Assembly: GCF_009914755.1 (NCBI RefSeq)
Contig: NC_060925.1
DNA: 64,000 nt
DNA from: the human T2T-CHM13v2.0 reference genome, Homo sapiens
Direction: 5' to 3' (one strand)
Shown here piece after piece: positions 1 through 14,150 of this stretch (its first letter is position 1; each line of letters opens with the position of its first letter). The translations under genes and the position numbers were made by a program. The notes under the pieces were generated by a model. That model was not told where the DNA came from and made no database searches. It saw only the letters and a list, made by a program, of their open reading frames with translations.

Positions 1-660
1 AATAAAAGAAAATGGCAAAACAAGGAGGATTTCTGCTTCTGACCATGAGAAATTAACTAACTGGTATTAGATTTTCCTTTACTACAAACAATTTAAAAAT
101 TGGACTACATATGTGAAATAGCTGTTTTTACACACAGGACTGACGACAGGAGAGGCAAAATTGTGATTCATAAGAGAATAAACATATTAGATAAACCCTC
201 CAACTTTGCCTTGACTTTCTGCCTGAAGGCTCTTTCAAGATAACACTGAAAGAAACAAGCAGAGCAAAATATCCATTGAGGAGGAGAAGTATGATTTGGG
301 AAGGCAGAGATGGCTGAGATGTGTGGGATAAAGAACCAGAGATAAGGGAGCTATGTAGAGAAAGAATTCCAGAAATATCCATAAGGATTTGTTAAAAACC
401 AGCCAAATACAAATCTGCACATACATGAGTTGAAATTCCACAAGTCTGAGCAAAGAACAACTGTAGGGCGAAGAACATTTTCTAAGAAGCCATGCACCAA
501 TCATTCAGCTGGGCTTAGAATTGTTGCAGTTTTTATAGGCCAAACTCAAGAGATCTCAGTAAATACTTGGGACTGTTTATTAACAGTGGTCTCAGATGGT
601 CATATCTTTGTAGTGGGCTAAATTATTCGTAAAATAAAGGTACACTAGATTCACGTTAAC

Positions 661-914
661 TTTTTTTTTCTTTTGAGACAGGGTCTCGCTCTATCTCCCA
701 GGCTGGAGTACAGTGGTGCCATCACGACTCACTGTAGCCTCGATGTCCTAGGCTCAAGCCCTGCTAATTTTTGTTGTGTTTTTTTTTTTATTTTTGTAGA
801 GATGTGGCCTTTCCATGTTGTACAGGCTGGTCTTGGACTCCTGGACTCAAATGATTCAACTGCCTTGGCCTCCTAAACTGTTGGGAATACAGGCATGAGC
901 CACTGCGCCTGGCC
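661..914 (-). mobile_element. AluJ-type SINE with an internal deletion of about 55 bp
   Basis: Poly-T then gagacagggtctcgctct...ggctcaagc|cctgctaatt...gagccactgcgcctggcc; shows AluJ diagnostics. Confidence 0.93.
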
Positions 915-980
915 CTAACAAAAATTTTCAAAAAGGATATCAAAGAATCTACTTGACCTGCAATTGACATAAATGCCTCC

Positions 981-1343
981 TGATATGGTTTGTCTGTGTC
1001 CTGGCCCAAATCTCATCCTGAATTGTAGCTCTCATAATTCCTACTTGTTGCGGCAGGGACCTGGTGGGAGGTGATTGAATCATGAGGGTGGGTCTTTCTC
1101 ATGCTGTTCTTGTGATAGCGAGTAAGTCTCACTATATCTGATGGTTTTATAAAGGGGAATCCCCTCACACAAGCTCTCTTGCCTGACACCATGCAAGACG
1201 TGACTTTGCTCCTCCTTTGCCTTTCACCATGACTGTGAGGCCTCCCCAGCCACATGAAACTGTGAGTCAATTAAATCTCTTTTCTTTGTAAATTACTCAG
1301 TCTTGAGTATGTCTTAATAGCAGCATGAGAACAGAATAATACA
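981..1343 (+). mobile_element. THE1 (THE1B/C-like) MaLR solo LTR
   Basis: Starts TGATATGGTTTG and ends TAATACA; perfect 5-bp TSD CCTCC at 976-980 and 1344-1348. Confidence 0.95.
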
Positions 1344-2055
1344 CCTCCTAAAACAAACTTCAATATCCTTTAACATAATAGAACAAAATCCAGTCAACAA
1401 TGTAATGTTCACCATGTCTGTGTCTGGCACTTAATAATAATAATAATAAAATGCTACACATGTGAAGTAGCAACATTTTAAGACCAAAAATCAAAAGTAA
1501 ATGACTTAATAAAAATACATCCAAAATTGAGAAAGATGATAGAATTTATAGACAAATAAATATTAAAATATGCTCAAAGATTTAAAGTAAGATTTGAACA
1601 TAATGAGATAAAAGTAAAATATAAAGCAATTAAAGGGAAATAAAAACTGCAATGTCTGAAATAAAAATTCACTGATGGGATTAATTATAGATTACATAAT
1701 GGAGAAAAACATATGGTTGAACTTGAAAGCACAGCAATGGGAACTATGCAAAATGAAGCAAAGAGAGGAAAAAGCCTGAAAATAGTAACAGAGTCTCGTT
1801 GTTTAGTACAATACCAAGTTTGTCTAACATATCGAGTTTGTACCATGTGGATGGAAGAGAGAGGTAGAAACAAACAGGCAGACATGGAAAAAACAAACTG
1901 AAGAGATAATAACAGAAAACTTTTTAATTTCAATAAAAATTATAAATCTGTAGATACAAAAATAACTTAAAGAAAGGCAAGTAGGATAAACAAAGAAAAC
2001 CTCTCCTAAGAACATCATAATGAAATTGAAAACAACTAGTGTCAAAGAGAATATT

Positions 2056-2675
<620 letters not shown>

Positions 2676-3061
2676 GAGGATAATATTTTTAAAGTAGCCA
2701 GAGGTAAATGACTTCCATACAAAGGAACAAAGATGAGAATTCATAGACACATTGTGGAAAATTATACAGTCAGGAGACAATGGGGAATATTTTTGAAGTG
2801 CTGGGGAAAACAAACAAACAAATGGTTTTCCAACAGTTGTTCTCTTTTTCCCCACTGCCCGATGTGCTTTGCTTAGCCTCAAAGAGGTTTTCTATAGGAA
2901 GAAGTTTTTATTAACATTCTGGTGTTATTACTTACCTTATGAAATTATAGAAACATCGTAGTGTATGTTTTCACAAATTGCAGATTAGTGCAGCAATAAA
3001 TATTCATTACACTTAAATAATTTTATTAATAGGTAGACATTTTAATACTTTTACCTTCTAT

Positions 3062-3619
3062 TGTAGAGGGAAAATATATTTTCTTCCCATGTTAGTTTCA
3101 TGACTGAGGCCCCTATAACAAAAGACAGATTAACAAGAGAAGAGCATATGAATTTATTTAATATAAGCTTATGTGACACAGGAGTCTTAAGAACTCAAGA
3201 CCCAAAGAAAAAGGCTAATGTATATTTTTGTGTCTAGGTTTGTTGAAGAATGTACAAGTGTAGAGAAATATGATTGGAGGACAAAATTGTATGATCTAAT
3301 GATAAGAAACTGAGGGGAACTTAGGAAGCCTTGCTAGTTCAGATTTTTCTCTGTGTTCCTGTGTCTTCAGGGATAAGCATGTTTTTTTTTTTTTTTTTTT
3401 TTTTTTTCCTCAGGTTACCGGGAGGGCACTTCTAGAATGGGAGTCTTCTGACCTGCTTCAAGGGAAAAAGGGAGAGAAAGACAAAGGGTGATCTTTCTAG
3501 GTTTTACAACCTACTTTGGGAGAGAAGGGAGAGGGAAGGGCGAGAGTGGCCTTTCTACTTCTGCTATTCTTTCAAATGCCAACATGCTGTATTTTGGGGT
3601 AGCATGTCCTAAACCTCAA
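3062..3619 (-). mobile_element. MER34/MER39-family ERV1 solo LTR
   Basis: The motif taacaaaagacagattaacaagagaagagcata and the end attttggggtagcatgtcctaaacc match the reverse complement of the recalled MER34-group LTR. Confidence 0.75.
3382..3407. repeat. (T)26 homopolymer inside the LTR
   Basis: Counted directly. Confidence 0.95.
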
Positions 3620-6600
3620 ACTAACTACCAAATTTACTTTTTAAATGTTATCTTTTCCTACAGGTATATTCTAAACAAAATTTATTTTTTTTCTAAGTAA
3701 AATCCTCACAGAATTATGCAGCAAATTTCTCACAACTTTATCTGAGGCTGACAATAAGGTAATGATTGTAGCAAAAATCAAAAATTATTTTGCATCTGAA
3801 CTCAAGTTACAGATGAAGCTGGTGCAAGTCCAAATTGAAGCTGTGCTCAGATTTGTATAATTGAGAGATACAAGAGCTAGTGATTAGAAACTCAAAGAAT
3901 AAGAATAACCCAATGTGAATTAGACTGGAACACAGAGAGTGACATTAAAAGCGTAGAATGAGGAGGCAGAATAAATGCTCAACAAAGGCTTTTCACCATT
4001 GTCAAGAAAGTCACTGAAATATTCTCTCTGTGGGACATTTGTAGCAATAGCTAGCTTTGTACTAATGGAATAACAATGCATAAAAGTCATAAAAAAGAAC
4101 AAAGTTGCAACTTACCAGAAGATATATGCTCAGTATGCAAAACTCCAGGAAAAATATGGCCTTAACTACATGCTTCAAAAGGTAGCACATCAATCTTTAA
4201 ATAGAGAATACAAAGTAAATAATTCAGAGAACATTTCTTAAACAGATAAAACAAAGTCATAAGAATAAGAACTTCATTTGCCAGTATTTCCATATGGAAT
4301 ACTATGGAAAGAAAGTAGAAAATAGAAAGCTTTTATAGTTTATATATTAATAAGAGACATACCCCCCAGGTACTTAGCCCTTCATATTTTAAAAGAGGCT
4401 TGTTTTTGTATAAAGCAGAGCTATCACACAAAAGATATTAGTAAAGTATATCCCTTTCTTTAAATGTGGAGAGAAAAAAAAACTAAAAAGTTGCTTAAAT
4501 AATAAGAATTAACATGTTATGTATGTCAATTGAGTATGTTTAATGAAATTGATGGCATTGTTAGTTACTGTATTTGTGTCTTCATTTATGTTTGACAAAT
4601 AAAACAAACAAAAAGTGGATGGTTACTGGTGACGCAGGCTGGTTTCAACTACAGCTGAGTTCACTGCATGCATTGTGAGAATCACTGAGGTGCTTTTGTG
4701 CTTTGGGTTTTAATATTGCCACATGAAAATGGGGCATCAGAAAATGTGTCAACCGTTGAAGCTGTTTCTTTCTGCCTTTCATCTCTGGTTTTGTCTCAAA
4801 ATTGGGGGATACTCAAAGGACTACATTAAACAAAATTGGGATTTCTATTCTATCCTAACCTCACACTGTGCCTTCCTTAAGGACAGAAAGAGTTGCAGCT
4901 CATTGCAATTTACATTTGATTTCAATTTATTTTATTTTGTTTTTGCCCTTCTATAGTGATAAGCTAGTCAAATAGTTAGCTAAATATGAATAATATGTCA
5001 CTTCACATCTCAGCATTAACAGAACTTCTACCTCTAACACTGAGACTCACCATCTCTTTCTTCCAAGAGTTACTACTGTTTTGTTAGTTGCTACATAAAG
5101 CTCTGACTGGCATCAGCCTATTTCTCCTGCAGAATTTCAAGGATTGTGGAAAGGCCATATACAAATGCATTAGAAAAATATCACTAATTTAATGAACATG
5201 GAAATGAATACACAGTATACATACAAATTAGCTTAAGGATGCATAAATTTATAGGTAAGTCAATGAATGTAAGTTAAAATAGCATCATATAATTTGGAAA
5301 AAATTTAAAAATATTAATAATTTCCAGTATTACCTTTGTCAAAGAAAATTATCAGAATTTTTTTAAAGTTAAAATTTCATATATTTCTAAACTCAAAAAT
5401 CCATAGCTAAGAATGTCTCCTACTTGCTAGTTAAAGAAATAATTAGAATACATTTATTTCAACAAAGTTGTTACTAGCCAAAACTTAAAACAACCTAATT
5501 AATCTATGAAATTCAATGCAAAATATTTTATGCAATGATTGTAGATAATCAGGTAGAAAACTATAAAAACAAGACAAAATATTTCAATGAAATAAGAGAA
5601 ATAATAGATGTCCTATTAGAAATAATTTTGCCAAAGATGTTCAGAGCTAGGATAAAAAGCCAAGTTTAGAGGGTAATATTTCTATTCAATCCTTCCTTCA
5701 TTCATTCTTATGACATTAAGGGTAAAGTTTTATTTATTAATTCATTCATTTTGTCATCTATTCACTTTTTAAACTGTTATTTATTACAGGCACTAGGCTA
5801 GCTGCTGCTCATAAAAAAGAAATTAACACTTTTGTTTTTTAACTGGTAATTTTTGCAAAGTCTCAGCATCTGCATTTGGGGCCTATACACAAATTAAAGA
5901 ACAAAAAGTGACCTTTCCTTGAAGAACTGCAAAATGATACCTGTTCTGGGTATATCAATGAGAAGAAAAGAAAGGTCTCTTCTGGTAGATGTAGCCACAT
6001 CACTCAATGAACACAACTGGCAAGGAAGGCAGAGGCTGCATTATAGCTCTTGGCTTCTGCACCATTGGCCAGGCTGTGTTATGTAGAACATACCCTGACA
6101 GTCTTGTTCAGAGAAACTAGAACTTGGAAGACATTGCTGAAAATATAGAGATGTAATTGAATCCATTTACTTTTATATTTTTTATATAACCTTACTTACT
6201 TGTGTTGAAGAGAGCAAATGCATTGGGATGGCAATTAAAAACTAATTTTAGAATCTTCTGGATAATTTGGAATCTGGTTCTCCATCATTGCTCAAGCAAG
6301 TAACTGTACAATGTTTAATGAAAGGTAAGCAATAACTTTGTTCTAGGTTGGGGCTACAGCAGAGCAAAGAATGTTTGTGTGCAGTCTATTTAGAGTTTAA
6401 GAGCAGTGTGAAGACAGCAAAACATGCTTTCTAATGACATTGACTGAATTGATCAAGTTGTAATAGTAGCCGTGATCAAACAAGATAATTTCCACAGTCA
6501 CTTTGAAAATTTTGATATCAGCTGGGGAAGAACATTGTGACGAAACTAACTCTATACCCTATTTCCTTCCTTTCTTAGTTGTTGTATTCCATAAGATCTG

Positions 6601-7771
6601 AATTAGACAACTGGACAAATTTTGTTGAGTATTGAGGGGGTGGCAAAGAGCAAAAAAATTATCTTGTTTAAGCAATCTTTAGGATTTTTTTCTGTTTTTT
6701 TTTTCTTTCATATTGTTCAGGTAGGTTATCTAAAGGCTTTATTTGAAAAGCACTTTTATTTTACTTTATTTTGATTTAGGTTGGTAGTACTATAGAATAA
6801 TTGAAGATGCAGAAATAGCAGAAGAGCAAAAGGATGGTTACTAAACAGAAGGAAATCAGTAGCTTTTGTTTCATCAGCAAAGAGAGCTCATTTCAGAAAT
6901 CAATTATGGCTTGCATACATATCTGTAATCAGTGCTTCTTTAATCTGAAATCCTTAATGAACCCCTAAGAATATTGCTTCCTTGTGATTTAATCAATGGA
7001 AAGAAGTACATGGTAAACAAGCTTCCTTTCCTTGTGTCTTTTATAACATATTAAGAAAAAGTTTTGCATTTTGCATTTGTTTTAAATTTACGCTATTGTG
7101 AGTTTTGGTACTTTGATTATTTTTAAATAGTCTAAAAAAGGATTTATCCTGAGACACTGACATTAGATTTTCTCATTACCCATCAATATACATAAAATAA
7201 GCTTGTGATTTTATACATAAAATGCATAAAGAAAACACTTCGTGGGCATCTGTTTTATGAAATTGTTACATTTATGTATTAAAATTCTGCTGCAAATGAA
7301 ATCAAATGGAATGATAATGATTTTCTTTCAACACTAATAAGAACTGAAAAAAATTTTAAAATTGAGTAATTATAGTTCAACACAAAATGAGCAGTAAATT
7401 AAAGGTAAAGGAGTCAAAAATTTTAACTAACAATTCTATCTACTAATTCAAGTTACTAGATGGGGAAGAAGCTATAAAGATACAGCTGATAAGAACTAGG
7501 TTTAAAAGCTATGCATTCTCTTTAAATTCACATAAATAAAAATATCAACAAAGAAACAAGGTAAGAATTATTTCATTTCTTTTAATATCTTTCTTTATTG
7601 AAGCTATGATATACTAAAAAGTAATTAGTATGATTTTTGATATTCCACATTTATAAATTCGATTTGAGAGGTAGATATGTATGCATATATTTATATATCA
7701 CTTACAGTATCAAAATAAATTCAACCCTAATTTAACTTTTGTAAATTCTAGTTAAAAATAAATTCAAAACT

Positions 7772-7992
7772 AAAGCTAATACTTATTAAACATTTATACC
7801 ATCTAAATATTTTGTACAAATTGACTCATCCTAAGTATCACAATGCTACTACAAACTTCATGTTAAAAATGAGGAATCTAAAGCACAAAAAGGGGTTAAA
7901 AAATTGCCCAAGATTACAGTGAGCAAATGGCTCCATCAAAATTCCTATGCAATTGGACTTCAAGACATTATATTCCAACCACGATGCTATTC
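7772..7992 (-). mobile_element. MIR SINE
   Basis: MIR core-like aatgaggaatctaaagcacaaaaaggggttaaaaaattgcccaagattaca. Confidence 0.7.
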
Positions 7993-8829
7993 TTTTGTAA
8001 CCACAGTACAATATTCTCAATATATTACAACAGTGATTTTTTATGCAAACAAATACAGTATTGATGAAAAACATCTTTGACATGAATTTCCTGTTTTCAT
8101 CAAATATTAAACACCATATAGAACCATAAGGCAAACTCCTGAAACTCTTCAAACTTGCTTTTCATTTTCTTCCCAATAGAATCAGACATATGTAAAGAAT
8201 CACTGATTGAATTATTTTTATATACTGCCAAAGCATTTTTCCATACAGTGTTGCTACGGACTAAAATAAAGTAGGTCAATTTCTACATTTTGATGTCCTT
8301 TTTGAAGGAAGAAAGAAAAAATTTTTGTCTTTTAAGCAGTGTATTTGAGAGATGGAGACTCTCATCTCTTATGTCTTATGTCTTATGACTCTTCTATGGT
8401 CCAGGCCCTTGCTATGCCAGGGAAGTTTAAAAATCTTGAGAGGAGTAAGTCTGTTATAACAGATATTCTTTCACTCTTCCATATAATTGCCCTCCATTTA
8501 CTGCTTCCTCTTTCCTTTCTCTTCTCTTTTCCCTTTTATCTTTTTCAATGTTTTCTCATAACTTTTTCTTTTCCTTTCCATTCTACTGGCATTACATCTT
8601 AGCACCTGTGGTGGGTATGCAGTATTTGTTTCAGTTTAAACTACATGCAAAGCATTTCAAAAAATACTGTGATGAAACATACTGCTTGATAATTTAATTT
8701 TGTTCTAAAAATAGTTATTATTTGGGGACATTTTAAATAAAGCTAGTCCTAGTGCTAATTTCTTTATATTTGTGAAATAACTTTGATAAGAATATCTTAT
8801 TTTTAATAATACACTCTAAGAAATAAACA

Positions 8830-8952
8830 CTTTAATGAAGAAAAATAATAGGTTAATTGATGTCCCAAGGCTTCAAAATTACTTAGTCACTACATATGAA
8901 ATAGAACTTAGATTCCCAGCTATCCCTCAGCCTGTGATCTCTCTGCTACATT
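8830..8952 (-). mobile_element. MIR fragment
   Basis: Resembles the MIR core (ggttaattgatgtcccaagg); highly diverged. Confidence 0.45.
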
Positions 8953-9839
8953 GTTCCATGAGCACTAAAGCTAAGCTGAATCAATAAAATCATTAAATTG
9001 CTATCATGTGCTAGGTACTCTTCATGTTAACAAAGATATATATGATATTTCTGCTGTGTAATTAGAAACCACCAATATTATCATCCATAACTCTGAGTTC
9101 AGTACAAGTTAGTGTACACTTATTGTACATAGAGGTTTTGAGGATCAATGAGGGTTTCCTTGCACCAAAATGTTTCCATCAGTGCTTCTCTGCAGGCCCT
9201 AAAATTAGAGTCATTATTTCTACAGTTGAAGATTTACAAGTCTTTGAGAAGTCTCCATGTCCCTCAAATCATTAGAAACATATTGTTTAATTCTTTAATA
9301 GACAACTAGGACTTTAGTGTATACAACCTGAGATGGACACCTGGTAATTTATAGAAGACTCCACAAAAACCGAGAAAATAGCACAGCACAGAAAGGAGGG
9401 AAAGAGGTAGGAGGGAGAGGCCCAGAGACAAATTTCATGCTCATCACACTTTTAATTAGAGCTGATTTAGTTGCCAGTCTTACTTCATGTTTGACTATTC
9501 TCATTGGAGAATAGCATCATTCACTTTTAGAGAATTGTGTGATTCACTTGCTCTCTAGCTTGCAATCAATATCAGATGTTTTTCTGAATTACTTCTCTTT
9601 TTCTTTTTGAAATTGACCAGTATTCTCACAAAGTCCCCGTTTGAAAGTCCTGCTGTCTTAAGGACTGAGCAATGAAAAAGCCAACAGCTTTGTCTATTAG
9701 GCTTTCTCTCATTCAGGCATATCTGTGCATCCAAGTTTTCACACTAATTTACCCATTGATCCCATTAGTCATTCATGTAAGAAACATATTTTGATCTAGA
9801 ATATACCATGGGGGAAAATGAATACTGTTCTTATAATTA

Positions 9840-9842
<3 letters not shown>

Positions 9843-9870
<28 letters not shown>
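9843..9870. repeat. (AC)14 microsatellite followed by a TA-rich tract
   Basis: Read directly. Confidence 0.95.
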
Positions 9871-12407
9871 GATTAACAATATATATGTATATTTACAAAC
9901 ATATATATATATGTAGATGGAGAGATTTGTAAGTTATGGAGCTCAATATGATAATAATTTTGTGTATCTTCTATGTTATTTGGTGACTTAGGATAAAAGG
10001 CATGTCCTTTGGTGAATCTAATTGCTATCCCTGCCATTCATCTGTAGTATCATCTGTCACTAATGCATTCCCCCACTACTTCACCAGGCAACTACTTTCT
10101 GCTAATCTAATCAAATAATTTAAGCCATGATGCTAATGACTAATGCAATCTTTATGTGGAAATTAACAATCCTAGATACTTTTAGGTTTATCATAGACTC
10201 ACAGAAGTTTAAACCTAGACAGCTAAATAGGTTCTTATATATTGTCTCCTATAACCACATACTACACATGGAGATAGAGATGTTCAAAGGGGCTTTGTAA
10301 GACTGCTGGGTGACAGGACTACAATCTGGGTCTCAATTACCAGTTCTTTGGCCATCCTATTAGTTAAATTTAAAGCTCTTAATAGATCATTAAATTCCTA
10401 AGCCCAAAGAGTTTTCTGTGGAGATTTTAGGTATCATGATTGAAAGGCATGTTGGAAAAGAAGGTATTTTTGACTAAAGCGGTCTTTAAAATCACAAAAC
10501 AAACGCTACTTGCCCTGCTTTCACTAAACATGGAAGGGTGTTTTGTTAGTTTATTAGTTTCTTCTCTTCTGAGAGACACTACCAAGTGCTTCGAATACTG
10601 TCCTTATTTGAGTTAGTAAATTGCCAAAATACTGTATTTCAGTGTTAATGATTTTATTTATTTTGATATGATATCTGAATGCAATTAGTATTGAGGCAGC
10701 AGATTTCCCATACATCTAACTAGAGATTAAACCATTGAATTTGTTGAACCTCACTCTCTGGGGTTAGGAACTTAGTGTCCTATAGGAAAACAAATCTTCG
10801 AGTTTCCTAAATAGAAAAAGGAGTTCACATTTCAATGTAGACTGGCATGTCTTTCTTAAATAGAAAATATGGTCTCTGACATTAAAATGAAAAGTCTGCA
10901 CACATAATATTATTTACACTACAGTAAAATGTTTTGTTGTCAAGCATTACAAATTCAGATTGCATGGCTTCCTTATTGAGTCTGTACTCTCTCTCTGATC
11001 AAATACTTTTATACCCAGTGTCACTTAAAAGAAGGCAGCATTTGAATCTTTGTGTATTCTCCTAGCAGCTAAACAAGCTTCAAAAGCAAAGCAAGGCAGT
11101 GACCTTGAAATGTACCCTTTGCCATAATAAAATAATGTTTATTTTTTACTCCTGGTAGAGAGTTTGCAAGATGTAATATTTCTCTTTTATATTCAGATCC
11201 TAAGTCAGATGCATTTCCTCTGGAAATATCTTTCAAAAGGAGCTTAAGAAAGTTTTCTAAAAAATAAAAAAAAATATACTTTTAAAATTTATGCCTAAAG
11301 AAGCAAAGGTAAGAGTTCAGAATGTAATTAACTTAAAATATACCCTAGAACATATCTGACTCATCATGCTTTAATGAGTATCCATAAGTAGATGATCTCT
11401 GCAAAAATAAAACAGAATACTGATTACAGAGGCCTTGACTCCTACCTGAATAGAAAACGTGTAGGGTGTATTCCTGGAGGAAGTTTTAATGTCACCAAAC
11501 AGAAATTTCAAAAAAAAAAAAAAAAAAACCACTTGGCAATTTAATTTCCTTGGCTTGCCAAGGGGTAAGAAAAAGATAGGTCAATAAGATGTTAGTATAT
11601 AGCAGAGAAATAGTTTCTTCCTATCACAGAAATTAAGAAATATAAAACATTCAGTGCTTGTTTAAATTAAAAAGATTTTGTCTCTCGCCCACAGAGTAAT
11701 ATTTTGTATTTAAGAAACTAGAATTAAGATGGAGGAACTGTGGTCTCATATATAGCCATAGATTTAATGTGACACAATTGATGCAATATTTAAGTCTCAT
11801 TGTTAGGCAATCTTTCCATAGTTCTTTTTGTAGCAAATACAGTAACATGCATGAGTCCATCAACATACCCTTGAATATACCCATTGCCTGTGCAGTGTCA
11901 AGTGTTGGTACTAAGAACTTTTAAATGTTTAGTACATTATGTTTTAAAAATATGGTGTTCTTTTATTTGTAATATACACAGCCGTCTACTGGAAATTCAA
12001 AACTTTGGAAATAGAAAATAAAAGAAAGGAATAGAAGGCCAAAATGTAGACAAATGAAATTTATGAAAATTCTTTATCTTCCATCTTATTCTTGCTGAGC
12101 TATTTGAAAAATTATTTTGCCTCAGACCTTAGGGAATAGAACCCAGGAGGAGACCTATGGGAATATGGCTTCGCAAGCCTGTATAAAACATCTGTTTGAG
12201 ATATAGAGATTGATTCATCCCCATAGAAAAGGGAAAAGTAAAGAAAGATCAAAATACAGTAATTATAAATTTGATGAAATTTTTATTCTATATTCCTCTG
12301 ACAGCTGGCAAGGAAGACTTTTAAGTAAGAGAGATAATTTTAATAGTTCCTAACAAGGGTATTAACAAACAAGGGAACATGGAATTGTATTCCCATATAT
12401 TGTTTAT

Positions 12408-12501
12408 CTTTGAAGAAAACCTACACTGATACCTAGTAAGAACAGGAATATGCTAGGTATTTCATGCTCTTACTAGGTATCGGTGTAGGTTTTCTTCAGA
12501 G
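12408..12501. repeat. Near-perfect inverted repeat / hairpin (about 94 nt)
   Basis: tgaagaaaacctacactgatacctagtaaga (12411-12441) is the reverse complement of tcttactaggtatcggtgtaggttttcttca (12468-12498) with one difference. Confidence 0.95.
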
Positions 12502-12695
12502 TTCTAGGAATATACTAGGTATATATTTCACTATATAATTGGTACAAAGACTATTATCAGGCCATATCAACTCAATACTTAGAAAATAATATCAACTGAT
12601 ATAACTACCTGTTTTTGCCGGTGGCAATGTCAAAATCATTGGCAGGAATAAAATAATTGTGTAGATTGGATCCATAATCAAGCTTTTATAAAACA

Positions 12696-12826
12696 TTTTT
12701 TTCGTTTTTGTAGAGACGAGGTCTCCCTCATTGCCCAGGCTGATCTTGAACTCCTAGGCTCAAGTCATCCTTCCACCTTGGGCTACCAAAGTGTTGGGAT
12801 TACAAGCATGAGCCACTGTGATTGGC
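12696..12826 (-). mobile_element. FLAM / AluJ left monomer
   Basis: tttttgtagagacgaggtctcc...ctcctaggctcaag...gagccactgtgattggc; monomer only. Confidence 0.88.
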
Positions 12827-13679
12827 AAAGACTTTTTAATATATGTAGTTGCTTTAATGTTTACAGAAACTCCATGATCCTGACCGAAAGAGAATGGTAA
12901 ATGAGATAAAATTTTAAATTGAAGCATCCATTTATTATCTTCTTTGCCTCTTTTCTACACAATGAGATCATGGATTTTCTTTTCTGAAATTTTTTTGATG
13001 CCCTAGTCTTTATTGTTCTCCCCATTCTCAGAACTCCTGAAGTCAGATATGAATATCTTGTCTTACACTGTTCTCTGCTAATTAAATACCTCAGAATGTA
13101 GTCTTCAAAGTTGTACTATATGTTTTTATTTGCCATAGTGATTAAAGTGATGTTGAAAACATCACAGCTATTCAGTAAAGACCTGCCTAATTAAGTGGTT
13201 TAATGGCATGAGAATACCAAGTTAATGACTGAGTGGTTGGTTGTAGCTTATGTGAGGGCCTTTTAACTTGTTTCTTCTATGGATGTCTATCCTCATCCCA
13301 AAAATGTCTTGCAAAGTACAGTTGATCCTTTTTTATTAATCTAGAAAATTGCATTTGCTTTATATTTATACAATTGAATGAACTGGTAAATTTAAATGGT
13401 TTTAAAAAGTTTAAAAATATTTCCTAAGCTTGAGATACATGCCTCCTAGTACAGCTACAATAAAAGTAGGAGAAAGATAATTAATCCTTATTTAGTATGA
13501 CTGGATATTAACCAAAGAAGAAAAGGCAGCACTTGAAAAGGAGATAAATGACTAGAAAAAAGGAAAGCTATGTGTTTATGGACATACACACACATTGATT
13601 AAAATAATAAGTTTCCTAGATGGCAGGCAAACCAGTGTCTATGACCTGAAGACATTACAATGGTAGAATCTGTTTCAAT

Positions 13680-13795
13680 TTAATAACTGCATATTGAACC
13701 CTACCATGTGCTAAACACTCTTTTAGTAACTAAGACATAGTAGAGAAACAGAAGAAATTCCTGATTATATGAACTGTTTATTTTAGTGAGAATAA
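13680..13795 (-). mobile_element. L2 3'-end fragment
   Basis: atattgaaccctaccatgtgctaaacactc is typical of the L2 3' end in antisense. Confidence 0.55.
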
Positions 13796-13798
13796 ATA

Positions 13799-14150
13799 CA
13801 AGTTGAGCATCCCTAACCCCAAAATCCAAAATCCCAAATCTTCTCAAATCCAAACCTTTTGAGTGACATCACTAGTGGAAAATTGCAGACCTGACCTCAT
13901 GTGATGGGTTGCAGTTGAAATGCAGTCAAAACATTGTTTCATGCACAAAATTATTAAAAATATTGTGTAAAATTACATTCAGACTATGTGTCTAAAGTGT
14001 ATATGAAACAGAAATAAATTCCATGTTTAGACTTGGGTTCTATCCCTAAGACATCTTATTATGTATATGCAAATATTTCAAAATCTGAAAAAATCCAAAA
14101 TCTGAAACACTTCTGGTCCCAAGGAATTTTGGTAAGGTATACACAACTTG
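13799..14150 (+). mobile_element. Tigger4b (MER46B/Zombi) non-autonomous TcMar-Tigger DNA transposon
   Basis: Termini CAAGTTGAGCATCCCT...TACACAACTTG with TA TSDs (13797-98, 14151-52); the interior matches the recalled Tigger4b sequence. Confidence 0.9.

Noticed and set aside
11197-11308. Exon-like 112-nt segment (tctcttttatattcag| ... aag|gtaaga)
   Set aside because: Stop codons in all three frames and no supporting partner exons; pseudo-exons are common. A lncRNA exon cannot be excluded without RNA data.
11510-11528. (A)19 as a retrocopy tail
   Set aside because: No TSD or recognisable upstream retroelement or mRNA body.
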